DNA from: Takakia lepidozioides
Taxonomy: Eukaryota; Plantae; Bryophyta
Direction: 5' to 3'
Assembly (NCBI GenBank): GCA_030704615.1
Contig: CM060733.1
Location: 57,970,001 to 58,034,000 of the forward strand
Length of the DNA stretch: 64,000 bases
The notes under the pieces are model-generated. The model was not told the DNA's origin. It saw only the letters and a program-made list of their open reading frames with translations, and did not search any database. A program made the position numbers and the translations under genes. Shown here piece after piece: positions 58,201 to 64,000 of this stretch (positions are counted from its first letter, which is position 1; every line of letters starts with the position of its first letter).

Positions 58201-61200
58201 GTGAACATTTCATCAAACTTACAATCAGCAGCAATGTGCAATTAGCAAACAATTTCAAGGCATGTTCACCCCGTATTACTAACTTGTAGGGAAGGAGACA
58301 AATAAGCCCAGTTTGCTAAACTGTGCTATGGCTAACACTTGGTCTGTGATCATCCATAATCTGCATGTCTGTCACATAAATGCAAGTCCTGTTTCAATCG
58401 TTCTACAAACTACCTCCAAAGGGAGGCGCTTTGGAGCACTACAATCTAATTACAAATGATCTTAAGAAGAACCATGTCCCTACACACCATCGTCTTTACT
58501 GCTATGACATTTCAACTTCTGCTTACGGTACAAAAGCTCCTTCACCTTAGTCACCTTCTGGAAAATGATCACTGGCAATGACAGAAAGGAAAAGGCTTCT
58601 GAACTGAAGAGGTAATCAAATAAACTTATCAGAGTTCATAACAGTACCTGCCCAGCAATGGTAAATGGCGTCGGATCTGTGATCCGATTCCATGAGAGTT
58701 CCGAGATATGGATAAGCGCTGGCACACCTTGTACCTGTCCCACAGTCGCAATAACATGAGTAAATTAGTGGGTTCAACCATCAAGTGACAAATCATCAAT
58801 TTCAACTTCAACCTCCACACAGAGCAAGAGGGTGAACATCTCCTATGGAATTATAGATTCCAGAAGCAGCCAGAACTACATAACAGGCATGTGTCTCAAC
58901 ACAATGTGTGCCATTTCCAATCCATGCTAAATTCTTGAAGAGGGAAAGAGATGAGACCTACCTCGACAAAAGCACCAAATGAAGTCACTTTCTTGACCAC
59001 ACACGAGACCACATCCCCTACACTCAAACTTGCCTGCAATTATTACTATCCGATTGCCTCAGTGCTTGGCTAAGATGCAATGTGCAGCTTCAGATAAATG
59101 AAAGCATTCCTTCTAACTGTAGTATTACAGAGGAGAGAAGGCAAGCTAAATTTCTTTCCTTGAAATTATGTGCAAGTAAAGGTGACATCAGGTCCATGAT
59201 GCTTATATGTGCATGCCTCAGACAGGAACGCTGGGTCATGCATGGGGGTCACACATGGCTTATGGAAGTGATCCAATGTGACTAGCCCTGAGCATACATC
59301 CTCAGAAACTCCAAGTCATAACACAATTGAGAGAAAATTCTCCTTGCAGAGATATACTTGTTGACAGGCCTCACTATAAGGTGTTAACCAACCCAGAGCC
59401 AGCTGTAGAGTTTGAACCCCACCCTGGTAAGACGTTGTTTGTCATAACCTTGTGGCCATAGACCCCGTGCCCAGTTTGGGCGGAACACAGAGAGAGACAG
59501 AGAGAGGGAGAGGAGAGGGAGAGATCTGGGTTGTTTCCCCCTTTACCTGCAAGGAAAAAGTGAAGGAAAGAGAAGAATATACTCATCGACCCTCCTGAGA
59601 GAGATAATGTGTACTCTTGAGGGACTCAAATGATAAGCATATCACCATGTCCAGCCTGTAATGGATGCTAAATAAATAATGTGAGGTAACAATGAACCTA
59701 AGGAAATACCCGAAAAGGTTGAGAGGTAACAAAACTGTAGTGCAAAACATCAATAGTATACACACCATGAGTTGAGCTTTTTTCTGAGCCATCTCCTGGT
59801 CCTCGCCCTCTGCGATCTTTTCTGAGAGCCGTAACTGTCGCCGCTCCCTCTCTAATGCAATCACTGTCACCCTTGCAGTCTGCAACACAAAGGTATGTTG
59901 GATCCTTAGCTAACTGGAAAAGCGAATGCCCTTGAAGTCGATATGTGACAGAAGTGACCACAAAACACTGTCTCCAGGCAAGAACAAACAGCCTCAACAG
60001 CCCCTCAACTGTGAACATTGACAGCCACATGGTGCCCACATTATAATACGAAGAGCTTTGGTTCTAAGAGCTCATGTATAGAAATTAGGAAAGGTGCACA
60101 CCTCTCCAACCAATGCTGACAAAAGACTCGCCCTCTCTTCACGATAGTTCCGTAACAGCTCCTTGTAGTCTGCATCCTTGCTTGATTTTCCGGTTTCATC
60201 AGTAGCCTCTGAAACAGTCACTTCCACACTTGGCTCAGTTGTGAGTGGCTCATTCTTCCGCAGTGTAGACAACGGATGGTTCACACTGAAGCCCTTCTCC
60301 TCGGCCCATGCTGTGAAAGAAGGCAGCCTCCTCTTTGCACTCAGTTCCCATGCCGGCAAGAATCCAACAAGACACCCAAAGCTTACCTGTGTGAAATCCG
60401 CAGAAAGCATGAGCTGGTGCATGGAGTGGTCACTAGATTGTCAGCAGAAAGCACTTCTATCAGTATGTAACCTACCATTAGAGTAAAGAAGTTGAAAGTT
60501 AGGGATGAGCATCAAGGAGACTTTCTCATTGACCCCTTGTGGAGGTTGGATATGGTTGACGGGGTGAACTGTGTGGGATAGGATCACTTCAGAGCCAATG
60601 TCGAGTTTTAAGCCATCAACCAGAGGGAGGGGAGGGGAGAGAATCATCACCAGAAATATAAGGCTATAAGCAGAACAGAAATGAAATGCAGTGCAACCAC
60701 AAGCTTGGAGCGGCCACTCACTCAGTCTAATCCACAACTTCATCGGACACTTGAGAGCCCCTTCGGATAATCACTCTTTTCATAAGTTTTCCTATGTAAC
60801 ACGAGCAACATGCTGATGTACATACCAGCATTCCAGCTGCATTGGCAGCCACAAACACAACATCCTCAATAGCCTTGGACTCATGCAATGCCTCTGCACG
60901 TGCCCAATCTCTATCCTCCTCCTCCTGCCCAGATTCAGTGACATTGATCAGGTCCTTGGACAGATTCTCAAACTAGGTTTTTAAAAACAAACTTTGTGTC
61001 ATGGATATTAGCCCTGGTGAAGTGTTGGCAAACGTCCACTCTGAGCTGTCAATGAGCCTCTCCCTCTTCCCTCTTTTCTTTCACACGCACACCTCAAGAA
61101 TGCAGTGCATCCAGTTGCTAAACTGAGGATGTTATAAATGGTGTTGCCTTTGAAATTACCAAATAGACCCAGGTCACAGAGCACACACCTTCGATGATAC

Positions 61201-63541
61201 TCTCCTCCTGTCAAAGAGCACAAAAGCTGCCTCTCGCAGCTGCTTCACAGGTGCTGAATCTGCATCATTTGTACTGGGGGGTTTTGGCCTTGGGACAATA
61301 GGGCGGGTCTCTTCCAGCTGCTGTCTCGCCACTTCAGCGGGAGTGGGGGAGGCTTCAGAGACAGCTACAGGTGCACTTGGCCTTTTTAGCAAGTTGCCCA
61401 TGCTGCTATCTTGCACCAAAGGTTGCCAGAATCCACCATTAGTATTTTCTGTTCATCTATCATCTCCACCTTTAATTGTTTCTCCTGATCTCTATCAGTG
61501 TGACAGTAAAATGATAGACTAACCAAGAATGCAGGAGATGTTGTGTTGTAAGAACAGTAGATGGTGGGGAATGAGAGCCCGGTGGTCTCATAAGGTTACT
61601 TCCATGGAAAATTTTGGGAAGTATATTGCTCCAGCTAATGCTTTTCCGCAAATTCTACCCAAAGAATGTGCCCAAGATCCCATCCCTCTAGCTTCATCTC
61701 TCCTTCTCTCCCCTCCAAATACGTTCTCTGCTTCAGCAATACGGCAGGAACATACCATTCGAACAGATAGTGAATTCCTTCCATTCTTAAAGGCAAAGGC
61801 TCCCAAGAAAGTAGGTTAGAAATGAAGGGGATATCGATTAGTCTTATATAGACTCAGGCCCACAAGAACAAAAAGCACGAGAGGAGCAGGCTTACTCAGC
61901 CTTTTGTTGCTGAAGCAGTGTATCAAATTCCCCTTCTGAAGGAGTTTTTCTTTCTTCTCGTTTTAGGGCAGCCTCACTCCGGTATATTGCAGCCTTCACT
62001 TCTTCAGACCACCCAGACAACCTATCCCTCTCTGCAATGTGGGGCCGCTGCAGCTCATTGTCAATCTCCTTTCCTACTGAAACTCTCAAGTCTGTTGAAG
62101 GACTTGGAGGGGGTGTCCTTTCTGAGGTCAGTATGCCCTCAGGTACAGCAAACTCTTTTCTGCTTGATGGAATGGGTTTGATAGTTGCTGAAGCAACTGG
62201 TGGTGTGGTGGGCCTTGCAGGTGTTACAAGATTCACTTTTTTTGCCAATCTCAGTATTGGCCTTCTGGGAACAGCTACAGCCTGAACCTCTTTAACTTTT
62301 GTGAGCTCTGTGAGGTCCTGAATACTAGCCCCCTCCATGGGTGGTTCCTGTAGTAGTTCTGAAGTCCTCTGCCCTTGAACACTTGCAGCCAAATCTGATG
62401 GAGAAAAATGCACATGTGACACCTCGACAACAGAAGGAAAAGAAGTGGGAGAAGGGGAGGGTCTCAACAAAGGCTTTTTGGCCACGCTATCTGAAGGTGT
62501 TGCTGTGGACGTTTGTCCCGTCTCCGACCACCCAGCCAGCCTATCCTTCTCTGCGACTTGGCACCGCTCCAGCTCATCATTGTTTTCCTTCTCCGTCAAG
62601 TCTGTTGGGCCCATCGAAGCACTTGTCAGGGGTGACAATATTGACTCACCCAGCTCCTGTTTTGATATTTTTATGCCCTTCGGTCCAGCATCTTCTTGTC
62701 CGCTTGACGAAAGAGGGTCATTTGCTACCAAATCAGGTCCCAGAGCACCTGGTGGCTTCAAGGGCCCTGCAGCATTTCCCTCTTTCGTTGATCCCAGCAA
62801 CTCTCTTCTTGAGACCGTGACAGCCTCTGGACCTTCATCGACCATTGTCAGCTTTTTGAGGTCCAGAGCAGCCTCCACTATGTCTGGAGCCTGCACAAGC
62901 TCCAAAGGAGTTTGCCCTTTAACATTGTCGGCAACTGTGGAAGGAGTAGCAGAGGGAGATGGTCTCAACCAAGGCTTCTTAGCTGCTGGTCTTGCTGTGG
63001 AAGCTGGCTTCATCTCAAGGCTTCTTTCCGCTGGTCTCTCATCAGGGGAGGTTATAGATGAGGTAGTATCTGGGGGTACAGAGCAGACCTCTGAGACTTC
63101 ATCAAGTGAAGAAAAAGGAAGGGGGGATAACATTGGCTTCTCAGAAAGGGCCAGTACAGGCATTTTTGTTGCAACTGATTTAACCTCTGTTGCAGCTGGC
63201 ACTTTGTGCCAGCCATCTGTGGAAGACATATCTGGGGCAGATTCTATTATGGAAGAATCTACTCTGGAACTGGCTTGGGTTGTGGATGACAATCCTGATG
63301 CAATAATTGGGTTAACTGTGGCTGCAGGTCTTCTTGGAGGGGTCATTGTATCAGCAACACTCGCAATGCTTCTGTTTCCCTCCTCTGCAGAATCCGTCTC
63401 TTCATTTTTGGTTCCAAGGGAAGTGGAGGGGGTATGTGCTATGGGTGAGGGCCTTAATCCCAGCTTAGGAAGCCCTATCTTCTTGCTTGGCACAGTGTTG
63501 CTTGCAATGACCCGGGCAGTGCTTGCCTCAAAACTGTCGTC
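55273..63541 (-). CDS. Multi-exon S1-domain RNA-binding protein, resembling the Arabidopsis chloroplast SDP (At1g12800) family from memory; 5' end unresolved
   Basis: GT-AG phase-0 exons: 60924-60826, 60386-60102, 59879-59766, 59033-58962 (LSVGDVVSCVVKKVTSFGAFVE), 58734-58648 (GVPALIHISELSW), 57942-57871, 56473-56390, 56242-56126 (MAPTFQ), 55778-55710 (FKLLARSGNQVQE), 55347-55273 (stop). Probable upstream exons ~61415-61188 and 63541-61896 are less certain. Confidence 0.85.
56825..57815 (-). mobile_element. Intronic 5'-truncated non-L1 LINE (RTEX/L2-like C-terminus)
   Basis: IRPALEYGSAIW, AVRGEFGIPSL..RR, RYPK, FKLRAGSLPLN, CPLC..EDSIHFLIHC; frameshifted. Confidence 0.8.
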
Positions 63542-64000
63542 CTGCAGAAATAAGATCCACAACCCAGGATTTCTGACTTTTATGTATTTCAGAGAGTATG
63601 TAAGCAGTTTGATCTCAATGAGGCTCAAAAGTCATAGTGCCTCCTTTGGCCTCTTTTGGCAAGTAAAGTGTGTTCCTCTCTTCCGAAAATATGAAAAAAA
63701 ATTCTGAATGCCCACCAGTTCAGGCCACCCCTTTAAGCTGATGCCAGAATGCACTTTCATCCAAACATCAAAGCTCTCAAAAGAGACAACCTCAAATAAA
63801 ATGAGAGGGAGAGCGGCAGAAGTGGAAGGGCATAGACTTCTCTTCATTGAACATTCCCTGTAACTATTGGCTATAACTTTCCCTCTGTCCTGTCAGATAC
63901 AATCCCTCCGGGAACCAGCACTGGAAAAAATCTTCAAACCAAGTCCAAAAAGATCCACTGCTCATGCAGCTGACGATAATACGGTTATGAGGAAGTGCAT

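Noticed and set aside
62445-63707. 420-aa plus-strand ORF
   Set aside because: Antisense shadow of the minus-strand exon, which has splice signals and repeated motifs.

Overview
Repeat-rich eukaryotic nuclear DNA, most likely from a non-seed land plant (inferred from a PLS-DYW PPR gene, a Tcn1-like chromovirus and spliceosomal introns). The first ~40 kb is a nest of transposable elements: two decayed L1-type LINEs, a chromovirus and its solo LTR, a CACTA element, and Harbinger and ARM-gene remnants. The right part holds a PPR-DYW gene, SINEs, a foldback repeat and a multi-exon S1-domain gene. The standout is a young-looking 12,046-bp Ty3/gypsy-type element at 12305-24350 (minus strand, 4-bp TSD TGGC). 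It has no normal LTR pair. Instead it has split direct repeats A1-[gag, PR, DNMT, RT, RH, INT, PHD]-B1-GC-A2-B2, an architecture known from tyrosine-recombinase retroelements, yet it encodes a DDE integrase. It also carries a complete DNMT3-like cytosine methyltransferase domain, an in-frame UAG-CAA-CCA readthrough-type stop between the methyltransferase and RT, a C-terminal PHD finger, and a non-tRNA 'PBS' complementary to a hairpin loop in its own repeat. A truncated second copy (29175-30031) and a diverged solo A-B unit (2512-2952) suggest a family rather than a one-off rearrangement. All alignments and counts were done by eye.
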